Below the pieces are notes generated by a model that saw nothing but the letters and a program-made list of their open reading frames with translations, was not told the origin of the DNA and did not search any database. The translations under genes were made by a program, and so were the position numbers. DNA of 64,000 nucleotides from Thermostichus sp. DRC_bins_24. Lineage in GTDB: Bacteria > Cyanobacteriota > Cyanobacteriia > Thermostichales > Thermostichaceae. Positions within the stretch are counted from its first letter, which is position 1. Each line of letters begins with the position of its first letter. The stretch covers positions 1 through 64,000 of the forward strand of contig JAUQVK010000037.1 in assembly GCA_039794845.1 (NCBI GenBank), written 5' to 3'. Of the stretch, positions 28,018 through 37,938 are shown piece by piece.

Positions 28018-28998
28018 ATGACTTCTATGGCTGAAACTCTCCTGTTCAATGCGCTGCGTGCCGCTCTAGACGAAGAAATGGCACGGGATCCCAGTGTGTT
28101 TGTCTTGGGGGAGGATGTCGGCCATTACGGTGGATCCTACAAAGTCACCAAAGACCTTTACAAGAAGTATGGTGAGCTGCGCCTGCTGGATACCCCCATT
28201 TGCGAAAACAGCTTTACGGGCATGGCGATTGGCGCCGCGATGACGGGGTTGCGCCCGGTGATCGAAGGCATGAACATGGGCTTTTTGCTCCTTGCCTTCA
28301 ACCAAATTGCCAACAATGCGGGCATGTTGCGCTATACCTCTGGCGGCAACTTCAAGATCCCAGTGGTGATTCGAGGGCCGGGTGGGGTGGGCCGTCAGTT
28401 GGGGGCGGAACACTCACAGCGGCTAGAAGCTTACTTTCAAGCGGTTCCTGGGCTCAAGATCGTGGCCTGCTCCACCCCCTACAATGCCAAGGGCTTGCTC
28501 AAATCCGCCATTCGCGATGACAACCCGGTTCTCTTTTTCGAGCATGTGCTGCTCTACAACCTCAAAGAAGACCTGCCAGAAGAAGAATACCTCCTGCCTC
28601 TGGATAAAGCAGAAGTTGTCAGAGCTGGAGCTGACATCACCATCCTCACCTACTCACGTATGCGCTATCACGTCTTGAAGGCGGTGGATAGCCTGGTTCA
28701 GGCGGAGATCGACCCCGAGGTGATCGATTTGATCTCCCTCAAACCCCTCGATATGGAGACCATTGCCGCCTCGGTGCGTAAGACCCATCGGGTGCTGATC
28801 GTCGAGGAAGACATGAAATCCGGCGGCATCGGAGCGGAACTGACGGCCCGCATCACCGAAGAACTGTTTGACGAGCTAGATGCACCCGTGGTGCGTCTGG
28901 CCTCACAGGATATTCCTACCCCCTACAACGGAACGATGGAAGCCGCCACCATCGTCCAACCGGCAGATATTGTTGCGGCGGTGGAGCAAATGCTCTAG
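28018..28998 (+). CDS. pdhB: Pyruvate dehydrogenase E1 beta subunit
   Basis: [32 protein letters not shown]. Confidence 0.97.
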   Translation: MTSMAETLLFNALRAALDEEMARDPSVFVLGEDVGHYGGSYKVTKDLYKKYGELRLLDTPICENSFTGMAIGAAMTGLRPVIEGMNMGFLLLAFNQIANNAGMLRYTSGGNFKIPVVIRGPGGVGRQLGAEHSQRLEAYFQAVPGLKIVACSTPYNAKGLLKSAIRDDNPVLFFEHVLLYNLKEDLPEEEYLLPLDKAEVVRAGADITILTYSRMRYHVLKAVDSLVQAEIDPEVIDLISLKPLDMETIAASVRKTHRVLIVEEDMKSGGIGAELTARITEELFDELDAPVVRLASQDIPTPYNGTMEAATIVQPADIVAAVEQML

Positions 28999-29069
28999 TC
29001 CTTCAACCCAGCTCTGCAAAATCCCTAGAGGAACCTTGCTAAGATTTGCATGGCGAGGCTCCCCGGCTG

Positions 29070-30443
29070 ATGCAAGGCGTACTGCTGATCGTCTACATGT
29101 TATTTGTCAGTGGCCTGATTGCCGTCGTGGGGGATCGGGTAGGTTACCGCATTGGCAAAAAGCGTCTTACCTGGTTCAATCTGCGACCGCGCCACACCGC
29201 CGTTTTGGTGGCCGTGGTGACGGGGGTCACCATCTCAGGCCTCACCCTGGGCACCCTGTTGCTCCTGAACCGCTCCCTCAGCGAAGCCCTGTTCAGCTAC
29301 ACCAGTCAAATTGCCCAGGCGGAGCAAGAGCTGCGCTCCCTCAACCGCGAAAAAGCCCGGCTGGAAGCAGAGAACGCCACCCTTAATGCCGAGCGCGACC
29401 GCCTCAAAATCGATCTCGACCAATTCCGGAACCAGCAGTCGGCAGCGCAAACCCGCCTAAGCGAAGTGCGGGATCAATTGACCGTGGCCCTACAGGAGCG
29501 GCAAGAGGTGGAGGCCAAACTGGCGGCGGTTAATGAGCAGCTGGCCAATGTGCAGCCCAGCCTGGATCAGGCCAATGCCGAATTGAGCAGGGTCAAGGCA
29601 GAGGTAGAATCGGCCAGAGAGCAGATCGCCACCCTGGAAGCCCAAAAACAGGCCCTACAACTGGATCGGGATCAGCTGGAGCGATCCTTGGACGTAGTGC
29701 AGGCGGCTCTGACCAATTTGGAAGAACAGAAAAATCAACTGGAACGCGAGATCGAGCAGTTCAACCGGTTGGCGGTGAGCTTGCGACGGGGAGAATTGGC
29801 CATCTTGGCGGGAGAAGTCTTGGCCACAGGGGTTGTCAATGCTCCAGAAGGGGCAGCACCAGAAGCGATCCGGCAGCAGTTTGAGCAACTGTTGGCCCAG
29901 GCGGAACAACAGGCTCTCACCCTTGGATCCCAGCCCGCGCCACCGATGGAAAATGCGGTCATGATTCGCCGAGAAGATGTGGATCAAGCCCTAGAAAAGC
30001 TGGAAGAACCGGGCAGCTGGGCGGTGCGCATTCTCTCCCTCACCAATCGACTCAAGGGTGAACCTGTGCCTGTGCTCGTGCAGATCTACCCCAATCAGCG
30101 GATCTTCCCCAAGGGATCCGTGCTGGCCAGTGGGGTGATTCAGCCGGGTTTGGACGAAAATCAGATCCAACAACACCTGCTGGGGCTACTGAACCAGGCC
30201 AATCAGCGCTCACAGGAGGAGGGTCTTCTTTCCAACCCGATCACCGGTACCGTTGGGGAATTCTCGCAGGTGAAATTTCTAGAAATTGTGCAGCAACTGC
30301 GCCAGAGCACCACCCCCCTGAATGTGAAGCTGGTAACCGATACGGATATTTACACTGCAGGGCCACTGCGGGTGAGCTTCCTGATGGTTGAACCCTCTGC
30401 CCAGGCAAACCCTCAAACGCGTCAGCGAGCGGAGCTGCCCTGA
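29070..30443 (+). CDS. DUF3084-type membrane-anchored coiled-coil protein
   Basis: GDRVGYRIGKKRLTWFNLRPRHTAVL, two TM helices and a long coiled coil. Confidence 0.85.
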   Translation: MQGVLLIVYMLFVSGLIAVVGDRVGYRIGKKRLTWFNLRPRHTAVLVAVVTGVTISGLTLGTLLLLNRSLSEALFSYTSQIAQAEQELRSLNREKARLEAENATLNAERDRLKIDLDQFRNQQSAAQTRLSEVRDQLTVALQERQEVEAKLAAVNEQLANVQPSLDQANAELSRVKAEVESAREQIATLEAQKQALQLDRDQLERSLDVVQAALTNLEEQKNQLEREIEQFNRLAVSLRRGELAILAGEVLATGVVNAPEGAAPEAIRQQFEQLLAQAEQQALTLGSQPAPPMENAVMIRREDVDQALEKLEEPGSWAVRILSLTNRLKGEPVPVLVQIYPNQRIFPKGSVLASGVIQPGLDENQIQQHLLGLLNQANQRSQEEGLLSNPITGTVGEFSQVKFLEIVQQLRQSTTPLNVKLVTDTDIYTAGPLRVSFLMVEPSAQANPQTRQRAELP

Positions 30444-30446
30444 GTG

Positions 30447-30896
30447 ATGACCCCTTCACCTCATTCATCGGATCCCAAGCAGGGCCGAGTGTTGATTGGC
30501 TTTGATCCGGGGCGAGACAAGTGCGGCATTGCGGTTGTGCAAGTTGAGCCCGGGTTTGCAATTCTACATCGACAGGTGGTGGCCGCTCCCGAAGCCCTAG
30601 CGCAGCTCAAAGCCCTCTGGCAACACTTTCAGGCAGAGCAGGTAATCCTGGGCAATCAAACCACAGCTCAGGAGTGGCAACGCCAACTACAGGCGGTGAT
30701 CCCGCCGGAACAGGTGGCCTTGGTGGATGAGCGCTACAGTTCACAAGAAGCCCGTCAACGCTACTGGGAGTTTTACCCGCCCCAGGGGTGGGAGCGGCTA
30801 TTGCCCCAGGGAATGCGCGTACCGGCCAACGCTTACGATGATTTGGTGGCTTTGATCCTGGTGGAGCGGTATTGTCGTGGGCGAGATGCGGGTTAG
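30447..30896 (+). CDS. YqgF/RuvX-like RNase H-fold nuclease
   Basis: IGFDPGRDKCGIAV, VDERYSSQEAR, YDDLVA. Confidence 0.85.
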   Translation: MTPSPHSSDPKQGRVLIGFDPGRDKCGIAVVQVEPGFAILHRQVVAAPEALAQLKALWQHFQAEQVILGNQTTAQEWQRQLQAVIPPEQVALVDERYSSQEARQRYWEFYPPQGWERLLPQGMRVPANAYDDLVALILVERYCRGRDAG

Positions 30897-32004
30897 TCGG
30901 CGACGGCTGTTACAAGGGATCCTCTTCGGACTGGCACTGGCGGGGTGCGGGGGGCCGGATCCAAACCTGCCCCTCATCTTGGCCCTCAAACAGGGGATCC
31001 CGGGCAGCCTGCTTAACGAGTTTCGCCGCAACACCCAAGCCCGGTTTCGGTTGCAATTGTTGGATGAGCGGGCCCAATTGCTGGCCTATCTCAGGCAACG
31101 TTTCCAGCCGGCTGATCCCGCCTGGTGGGATCCGTTGGGGTGGTTTCGACCCCGAGTGCCGCTGGCGGCCCTGACCTTGTTGGGAGCAGATGGGTTGGAT
31201 CGGGCCATCGCCTCCGGGTGGGTGGATCCTGTACCAGGAGAGCTCTTGGGGGAAAAGTGGGCAAATTTGGATCCCCGCTGGCAAGAGGCGGTGCAACGCG
31301 AGGGGCAAATTTGGGGTGTGCCCTGGCGCTGGGGGGTAACGGCGATTGCCTACCGTCGGGATCGGGTGACAACCCCGATTCAGAATTGGGGGGATCTTTG
31401 GAGAGCGGATCTCACGGGTAAAATAACGCTTCCCGATCATCCCCGCGAAGTGATTGGGTTGACGCTCAAAAAAATGGGCCGTTCCTACAACGATTCGATC
31501 AATCCAGAGGAGGCCGAGCTGCGCCAGGAATTGGGATCCCTACACCGTCAAGTTTTGGCCTACACCTCCTCCGATTACCTCTCCATATTGCGCATTGCCG
31601 ATAGCTGGGTAGCAGTGGGTTGGTCTCAGGATCTCTACAAAACCCAGGCCAGTTATCCCGAATTGGAGGTGGTGATCCCCGCTTCAGGGTCTGCTGTTTG
31701 GTGGGATCTCTGGGTGCGCCCCCACGCAGATGCTGCAGAATCGACACAGCCGGAGGTGGGATCCCTTTTGGCAAACTGGTTTGATTTTCTCTTGAATCCT
31801 GAGTTGGCCCCTCGCTGGGTGAATTTAAGTGGGATCCCTTCTGTTTTGTCCATAGAGCCCGGCCAACTTGCCCCGCGCCTGCGACAAAGACAAGATTTTC
31901 AGCCCTCCACATGGGAACGCTCCGAAATTTGGCAACCCCTTTCTGTGGATCAGGCCAAATCTTATCTGGATCTCTGGGATCAAATGCGGCTGGGGGTTTT
32001 ATAG
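30886..32004 (+). CDS. PotD-like extracellular solute-binding lipoprotein
   Basis: Twin-arginine SRRRLL plus lipobox LAGC; GVPWRWGVTAIAYR, WGDLW, AVGWS. Confidence 0.85.
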   Translation: MRVSRRRLLQGILFGLALAGCGGPDPNLPLILALKQGIPGSLLNEFRRNTQARFRLQLLDERAQLLAYLRQRFQPADPAWWDPLGWFRPRVPLAALTLLGADGLDRAIASGWVDPVPGELLGEKWANLDPRWQEAVQREGQIWGVPWRWGVTAIAYRRDRVTTPIQNWGDLWRADLTGKITLPDHPREVIGLTLKKMGRSYNDSINPEEAELRQELGSLHRQVLAYTSSDYLSILRIADSWVAVGWSQDLYKTQASYPELEVVIPASGSAVWWDLWVRPHADAAESTQPEVGSLLANWFDFLLNPELAPRWVNLSGIPSVLSIEPGQLAPRLRQRQDFQPSTWERSEIWQPLSVDQAKSYLDLWDQMRLGVL

Positions 32005-32189
32005 CCAGACCTTCTGATTTTCCGGTGGAATTGTTAGGAAAATAGAGAAAAATGCTCCCAATATCAACCCCTGCAGGGTGAAGCTCCTAAGGGTAGGCAA
32101 GGGGACGCCTTCATACGTTTTCAGGAAAGCAGAGGGCTGTATTGCCTAGAATAAAGGTAAAGCTGAGAGTAGATCAGGAGGATCTAAAC

Positions 32190-32783
32190 ATGAAGGCAAT
32201 TCTCGCAGCAACCCTAGTTGGCCTAGCCGGGATCCCTCTACTCGCCCCTATGCCCACTGTGGCTCAGCAACTTTTTGAGCTGGGTACCTATCGTTTACAG
32301 CAAGGAACAGTTATTCCAGTGGGTAGTCTCAGTAGCGAGGCTCCGCAGTACTTTTACCCCGATACGGTTTACCCGTTAGAGCTGGCCGTAACCCAGGGTA
32401 TTTACGATGCTCAAGGCCGATTGGTCATTCCGGCGGGTAGTCGCATCTATGGCCAAATGGAGCCGGCACCGGGGGGATCCCGCTTTGTGGGCACTTCCAT
32501 TGTCATCGGTGGCCGCACCTACAGTTTGCGAGCTTCTTCAAACATCATTCATGACGAGAAGGATCCCCGTCAGTACTCGGGTGAGGCGATTGTTGGGGAT
32601 GCTGCCATCGGTGCTGCTGCTGGGGCGGTGCTGGGGGCACTGACCGGAGGGGTATCGGTGGGGAATGTGCTCGGTGGTGCTGCCGCCGGGGTGGTGATTG
32701 GCAATGTCACGGCTCCGCAGGTGGTGGTGCTGCGCCCGGGCCAATCCTTGAACCTGACTCTGGAAGCTCCGCTAAACCTGTAG
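32190..32783 (+). CDS. Secreted hypothetical protein with glycine-zipper motif
   Basis: AGGAGG RBS, signal peptide, GAAAGAVLGALTGG...GGAAAG. Confidence 0.75.
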   Translation: MKAILAATLVGLAGIPLLAPMPTVAQQLFELGTYRLQQGTVIPVGSLSSEAPQYFYPDTVYPLELAVTQGIYDAQGRLVIPAGSRIYGQMEPAPGGSRFVGTSIVIGGRTYSLRASSNIIHDEKDPRQYSGEAIVGDAAIGAAAGAVLGALTGGVSVGNVLGGAAAGVVIGNVTAPQVVVLRPGQSLNLTLEAPLNL

Positions 32784-32875
32784 AACGGGATCCCTATGCG
32801 GTAACTCTCGTTTAGAGGCTACAAAACCAGCTGCCTGTGATTCACTAAGGATCACGTTGCTGGTGCTTTGCTCCC

Positions 32876-34408
32876 ATGGCTGCAGAACCCAAGTCCACTC
32901 CTCCGATCCACTCCACAGAACACACGTTTCAGGCTAAGGGTGAGCCCTTCACCTACCAAGCGCTGGCGGGATGGCAAACCCTCTTTGAGCGGGAAAAGCC
33001 CGTGGCAGAGATTTTTCATGTGGCCTACTTGAAGCAAGACTCCGACCCGGGCTCCCATTCGCAGCATCGTCCCCTCACGTTTGTGTTCAATGGTGGGCCT
33101 GGGGCCGCCTCTGCCTATTTGCACATGGGGGCCCTGGGGCCGAAACGGATTCAATTTGGGCCGAACGGTAGTTTGCCGGCTTCCCCGGTGCGCTTGGTGG
33201 ACAATGCCGAAAGTTGGTTGCCGTTCTCCGACCTGGTGTTTATCGATCCTGTGGGGACAGGCTTTAGTCGCGCCTTGCCGAAAGACAAAGACAAAGAGAC
33301 TGCTGACCTCAGTAAGGCTGGGGAGGCCCCTAAATCAACAGGTTCAGAACCCGGCGGCAAGCCGGAGGATCCCCCCAAAGAAGCCCCCTTTTGGGATGTG
33401 GAGCGAGATTTGAAATCTTTGGGGGAGTTCATCCAGGGGTTTCTCTCGCGGCACAAACGCTGGCTATCGCCGGTTTTTATTGCCGGAGAAAGTTATGGGG
33501 GGTTTCGGGTAGCGCGATTGGCCAAAGAGCTGCAGTCGAAGTTTGGGGTGGGGTTATCGGGGGCCATCCTGATTTCCCCGGCCATTGAATTCAGCCTGTT
33601 AGAGACCAGCGACTACAATCTCACCACCTGGACGACGCTGTTTCCCTCCTATGTGGCCTCGGCAGCACATCATGGCCTCTCTACCTGGGGCGAGGACTTA
33701 TCCACCTTGCTCCCCAAAGCAGAAGCCTTTGCCCGACAGCGACTGTTGCCCCTGTTGGCGATGGGTGAGGCAATGCCAGAAGCCGAACGCCAGGCTGTGT
33801 ATCAAGAGATGGCCGCAGGGATCGGCTTATCGGTGGAGTATGTCGCCCAAAAAGGTGGGCGGATCGATATCAGTGCCTTTGCGCGGGAATTGTTGCGCCC
33901 TCAGCGACAGGTGGTGGGGCTGTACGATGCTTCTGTGACGGCGGTGGATCCCTTCCCCGATCGACCCACTTTTGAGGGATCCGACCCGACCCTGGATGGA
34001 TTGGATCGCTTGTTTACCGCCGCCATTAATAGCCACTTGCGGGATACTCTGCAGGTGGAAACGGAGCTCACTTACCACTTGCTGAATTTTGAGGTGTTCA
34101 AAGCCTGGCAATTTACCCAGAAAGGTGAGTTCAAACAGGGGTTTATCGGGGCGATGGACGAGTTGCGCACCAGCATGGCCCTCAATCCTCACATGCGGGT
34201 AAACATTCACCACGGCTTCTACGATTTGGTCACCCCCTATTTTGCCTCCAACCACTTGGTGGATTTGATGAAGTTGGATCCTCGCCTGAAGGCCAATCTT
34301 ACCCTACGTCATTATCGCGGAGGGCACATGTTTTACACCTGGGATCCCTCGCGGTTGGAGTGGTTTTCGGAAATGCAAAAACTCTATCGAGAAGCTGTTC
34401 CAAATTGA
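32876..34408 (+). CDS. Serine carboxypeptidase, family S10
   Basis: FNGGPGAAS, FIDPVGTGFS, GESYGG (catalytic Ser), GGHMFY (catalytic His). Confidence 0.93.
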   Translation: MAAEPKSTPPIHSTEHTFQAKGEPFTYQALAGWQTLFEREKPVAEIFHVAYLKQDSDPGSHSQHRPLTFVFNGGPGAASAYLHMGALGPKRIQFGPNGSLPASPVRLVDNAESWLPFSDLVFIDPVGTGFSRALPKDKDKETADLSKAGEAPKSTGSEPGGKPEDPPKEAPFWDVERDLKSLGEFIQGFLSRHKRWLSPVFIAGESYGGFRVARLAKELQSKFGVGLSGAILISPAIEFSLLETSDYNLTTWTTLFPSYVASAAHHGLSTWGEDLSTLLPKAEAFARQRLLPLLAMGEAMPEAERQAVYQEMAAGIGLSVEYVAQKGGRIDISAFARELLRPQRQVVGLYDASVTAVDPFPDRPTFEGSDPTLDGLDRLFTAAINSHLRDTLQVETELTYHLLNFEVFKAWQFTQKGEFKQGFIGAMDELRTSMALNPHMRVNIHHGFYDLVTPYFASNHLVDLMKLDPRLKANLTLRHYRGGHMFYTWDPSRLEWFSEMQKLYREAVPN

Positions 34409-34507
34409 GGGCATGAAATCCTGTTTTGGATAATAAGATCCCCAACGGAGCAATCCAGTCCCCACAGGTTTGCATCTTTATCAATTCACAATACAATTCC
34501 CAATACC

Positions 34508-34536
34508 TTGACACCCAGAATCGATCTTGATACGAT
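34508..34536 (+). promoter_or_regulatory. Sigma70-type promoter of the riboswitch/ABC operon
   Basis: TTGACA (34508-34513), N17, TACGAT (34531-34536), immediately before the riboswitch. Confidence 0.75.
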
Positions 34537-34544
34537 TCGGCTGT

Positions 34545-34680
34545 GTCGGCCAGCCTAATCCTGTTTGTTCTGCGAACCAGAGCGGGGGAACCATTTCGGG
34601 GGCCTACTCTGTGCGACTGCCAGAGGGAGCATCTCTTAGCTCTAGCCCGTCAGCTAACTCCGTCGGCATTAAGAGGTGGC
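34545..34680 (+). ncRNA. Cyclic di-AMP (ydaO/yuaA) riboswitch
   Basis: Conserved blocks in order: GCCTAATCC, GCGGGGGAACC, GGGGG, ATCTCT, GCCCGTCAGCTAACTCCGTCGGC, AAGAG. Located in the 5' leader of a transporter operon. Confidence 0.85.
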
Positions 34681-34839
34681 TATGAAGGTGTGGGTTTGTC
34701 TTCGCCGGACTTGACTTACCTTGACTAGATACCCAAGGGGCTGAGCACCATATCTGAGCACCATATCAGGGATCCACTGGCTTCCGTCAGAGATCCCTGG
34801 TTTCGCATAGTCACGTCTCTTCACCCCTCAGACCCAATT

Positions 34840-35679
34840 ATGCAACATAATCCTCAGCTTGCGGCCCAGGGGCGCGGGTTCAATCGTTGGATCCAAACGT
34901 ATCTTTTGCGAGAGAAAACCATCTTGCCTGTGGTAGGGTTTGCCATTTTGTTAGCCATTTGGTGGGTGATCGCTCTCTTTCGCAGTGAGTTGATGCCCAC
35001 TCCTCCCGAGGCCTTGGTTGCCAATCTGGATTATATTCTCAACCCCTTTTACCGACGGGGGCCTGGGGATCTGGGCATTGGCTGGCTGTTGTTGGCCAGC
35101 TTGCGGCGAGTGTTGACCGGCTTTTTGTTGGGGGCAATCGTTGCGATCCCGATGGGGTTTTGGATTGGAATGTCACCCTCGGCGATGGCAATGTTTAATC
35201 CAATCATCCAGATTTTGAGGCCGGTTTCCCCGCTGGCGTGGCTACCCATTGCTTTGTCGATTTTTAATTTGGCGAATCCTTCCGCCATTTTTGTGATTTT
35301 TATTACCTCGCTTTGGCCGACCATCATCAATACCGCTTTGGGGGTGGCTAGCGTGCCCAAAGACTACATCGATGTGGCGCTGGTACTGGAGATGCCCCGC
35401 TGGCGGCGGATCCTCAAGATCATGTGGCCGGCGGCCTTGCCGTATGTGTTTACGGGCTTGCGGATCAGTTTGGGCATTGCTTGGTTGGTGATTGTGGCCG
35501 TAGAAATGTTGACCGGCGGCATTGGTATTGGCTTTTTTGTTTGGGATGAGTGGAACCGGCTGAATCTCAGCGCGGTGTTTTTGTCGGTGCTAGTGATTGG
35601 GGCAACAGGTCTGGTGTTGGATGTTGCCTTGGGACGGATCCAAGCCTGGGCAACCCACCGACCGGCCACTCAAAATTAG
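34840..35679 (+). CDS. NrtB/CmpB/CynB-family ABC permease
   Basis: SLRRV, LRPVSPLAWLP, WPTIINTALG, GLRISLGIAWLVIVAVEMLTGG.GIGFFVWDEWN. Confidence 0.92.
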   Translation: MQHNPQLAAQGRGFNRWIQTYLLREKTILPVVGFAILLAIWWVIALFRSELMPTPPEALVANLDYILNPFYRRGPGDLGIGWLLLASLRRVLTGFLLGAIVAIPMGFWIGMSPSAMAMFNPIIQILRPVSPLAWLPIALSIFNLANPSAIFVIFITSLWPTIINTALGVASVPKDYIDVALVLEMPRWRRILKIMWPAALPYVFTGLRISLGIAWLVIVAVEMLTGGIGIGFFVWDEWNRLNLSAVFLSVLVIGATGLVLDVALGRIQAWATHRPATQN

Positions 35680-35796
35680 AGCGTTTTCAATTCCATCGAC
35701 AAGACAATTTGTTGGCAATCAGAGGGATGTCCTGGGTGACAGTTCCCCAGATGTCCAGATCCAAACTGGCCCCACGTTATCTATCGAGGTTTCACC

Positions 35797-37215
35797 ATGA
35801 CTGTCCTGGCCCACGGAGCAGATCGGGCAAGTGTAGCCTGTCTGTTGATTTCACAACCCTATTCCCGCCGCAAGGTCTTGCAGGGCTTGGGGGCGGTGGG
35901 GGCTGGGATCCTGACCGCCAAAGGTTACGGAGCTGTACAGGCTGCCGATATCGAGCCGGTGGTGGATCCGGGATCCCTGGAAAAGCCCAATTTGACGGTG
36001 GGCTATGTGCCGGTCAACGATTGTGCCCCCTTTGCGGTGGCGCATGAGAAAGGCTTTTTTCGCAAATATGGGCTGAATGTGCGCCTTAGCCGGGAGGCCA
36101 GTTGGGCCAATTCTCGGGATGGGGTGATCTTTGGCCGCTTGGATGCTTCACCCGTGGTGGCGGGGGCGGTGACCAATGCTCGCCTGGGGGCAGAAGGGGC
36201 GCGGCGGGCCCCCATGTGCGCGGCCATGACCATCCATCGCCACGGCAATGCCATGACCATGAACCCGGCCATGTGGGATTACGGTTTGCGGCCTTGGTTT
36301 GAGTATGGGGGGGATTTAGACGCCTTTGGGGGAGACTTTCGGGGGTATTTCGAGGGGTTGCCTAGTCAGCGGCGGTTGTGGGCCACGGTACTCAGCTCGG
36401 CTATCTATGAGTATTTCATCCGCTACCTGGCGGGAGCCGCCGGGATCGATCCGATGGCGGAGTTCCGCATCATCATCATTCCCCCTCCTCAGATGGTGAC
36501 CAACATCCGCATTGGGGCCATGCAAGCCTATATGGTGGCGGAGCCCTGGAATACGCGGGCCATCTCGGGCAATGAGGGGGTAGGGTTCACCTTTGCCCAT
36601 GGCAAAGAGATCTGGCGGGGGCATCCCGACCGGGTGCTGGCAGTGATGGAGCGTTTTATTGAAGAGAATCCTCGCACCTATCGCTCGCTGGTGATGGCCA
36701 TGATCGAGGCCTGCCGCTATTGCGATGAACACCGGGAGGAGGTGGCGGAGTTGATCTCAGCCCGAGCCTATACCGGGGCTCCCTCTCGCTATACCAGACC
36801 CGCCCTTGTGGGCCACTACAACTACGGCGGCTTTGATGGACAAGACCGCACCCGCCAGATGCCAGACAGCACCTTGTTTTTCAACCTGCCTGAGGATTTG
36901 CCTCACCCCGAGCAGGATCACTCCACCTTTTTGTGGCAATCGCAAGGGATCTGGCTGGTGACCCAGGCGGCTCGTTGGAACCAGATCCCGGAGATCCCCG
37001 CCGATGTGGAGGAGCGCATCCGCAGGGCTTGGCGCACCGATCTCTACCGAGATATCGCTGCCGAAATGGGGATCCCCTGCCCTGCCGAGGATTTCAAACT
37101 GGAGCCAGAGGAGGTTTTTATCGATGGCAAGGCCTTTGACGCCAGCGATCCGGTGGGGTATCTCAACAGCTTTGAGATCCGAGCCCATCGCCCGTTAGCC
37201 TTCTATTTCTCGTGA
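35797..37215 (+). CDS. NrtA/CmpA-family ABC substrate-binding protein (divergent)
   Basis: SRRKVL Tat-like signal; LEKPNLTVGYVP..DCAP...EKGFFRKYGL, PPPQMV, EPWN, IW.GHP, FIDGKAFD. Confidence 0.9.
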   Translation: MTVLAHGADRASVACLLISQPYSRRKVLQGLGAVGAGILTAKGYGAVQAADIEPVVDPGSLEKPNLTVGYVPVNDCAPFAVAHEKGFFRKYGLNVRLSREASWANSRDGVIFGRLDASPVVAGAVTNARLGAEGARRAPMCAAMTIHRHGNAMTMNPAMWDYGLRPWFEYGGDLDAFGGDFRGYFEGLPSQRRLWATVLSSAIYEYFIRYLAGAAGIDPMAEFRIIIIPPPQMVTNIRIGAMQAYMVAEPWNTRAISGNEGVGFTFAHGKEIWRGHPDRVLAVMERFIEENPRTYRSLVMAMIEACRYCDEHREEVAELISARAYTGAPSRYTRPALVGHYNYGGFDGQDRTRQMPDSTLFFNLPEDLPHPEQDHSTFLWQSQGIWLVTQAARWNQIPEIPADVEERIRRAWRTDLYRDIAAEMGIPCPAEDFKLEPEEVFIDGKAFDASDPVGYLNSFEIRAHRPLAFYFS

Positions 37216-37324
37216 GTTCAAGGCATGACCTGAAAGCACCTTCTCGCCGGTTCAATCCAACGCCAAAATCACCCCTCTCACCGCCCCAAGCTGACGCGAA
37301 CACTCTTCACCGGAGATTTATCCC

Positions 37325-37882
37325 ATGAAAAGCACTCACCCACCCACTTTTTTGCGCCCGATTTTGCAACGGCTCCAAGATGGATTAGAGCATCCTGCTT
37401 TACATCCGCCTATGCTGGTTTCGGGATCCCAGATCCATGCCCCTCAAGAGCATCTCAAGCTGGCGGTTGCCTACAACGGATCCCCGCGCAGCCATGCTGC
37501 GTTGGATTTGGCCCTGTGGATCGCCCACCAAACCCGCGTGGCCACCCCACAACTCGTCACGGTTCATGTGGTGTTTGTCGGCTATCCCGGTTTGACAGCC
37601 AATGCACTGGCCCAGGCGGATGAGATTTTGCACCAAGCTCGGTCACTGGCAGATGAATGGCGGGGACATCTGTATACCCATCTGCGCTTTGGGGATCCCG
37701 CCGCTGAGCTCAAAACGGTCGTCGCCCAAGAAGGGATCCATTTGTTGATGGTGGGGTGTGAATCGGCTCGGCATCCCTTGGTGAAAGGTTTAGCAGATTG
37801 CCCCTGTGCGGTGCTGGGGATCCCGTTAGTGTTTTCCGATTCCGGCGAGACCCTAAAGCCCATGCCAATGGTTGTCGGGTAA
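37325..37882 (+). CDS. Universal stress protein (single USP domain)
   Basis: LAVAYNGSPRSHAALDLA, VHV, GDPAAEL, LLMVG, CPCAVL. Confidence 0.85.
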   Translation: MKSTHPPTFLRPILQRLQDGLEHPALHPPMLVSGSQIHAPQEHLKLAVAYNGSPRSHAALDLALWIAHQTRVATPQLVTVHVVFVGYPGLTANALAQADEILHQARSLADEWRGHLYTHLRFGDPAAELKTVVAQEGIHLLMVGCESARHPLVKGLADCPCAVLGIPLVFSDSGETLKPMPMVVG

Positions 37883-37938
37883 GAAACGGGCCTGTATCCG
37901 CCAAAGATCATCTGTCATCCAATTGGGAGAGGTTTTCA

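Noticed and set aside
34543..34728. 61-aa ORF as a leader peptide
   Set aside because: It coincides with the riboswitch aptamer and has a GTG start at the presumed transcription start with no RBS. RNA structure explains the sequence better.
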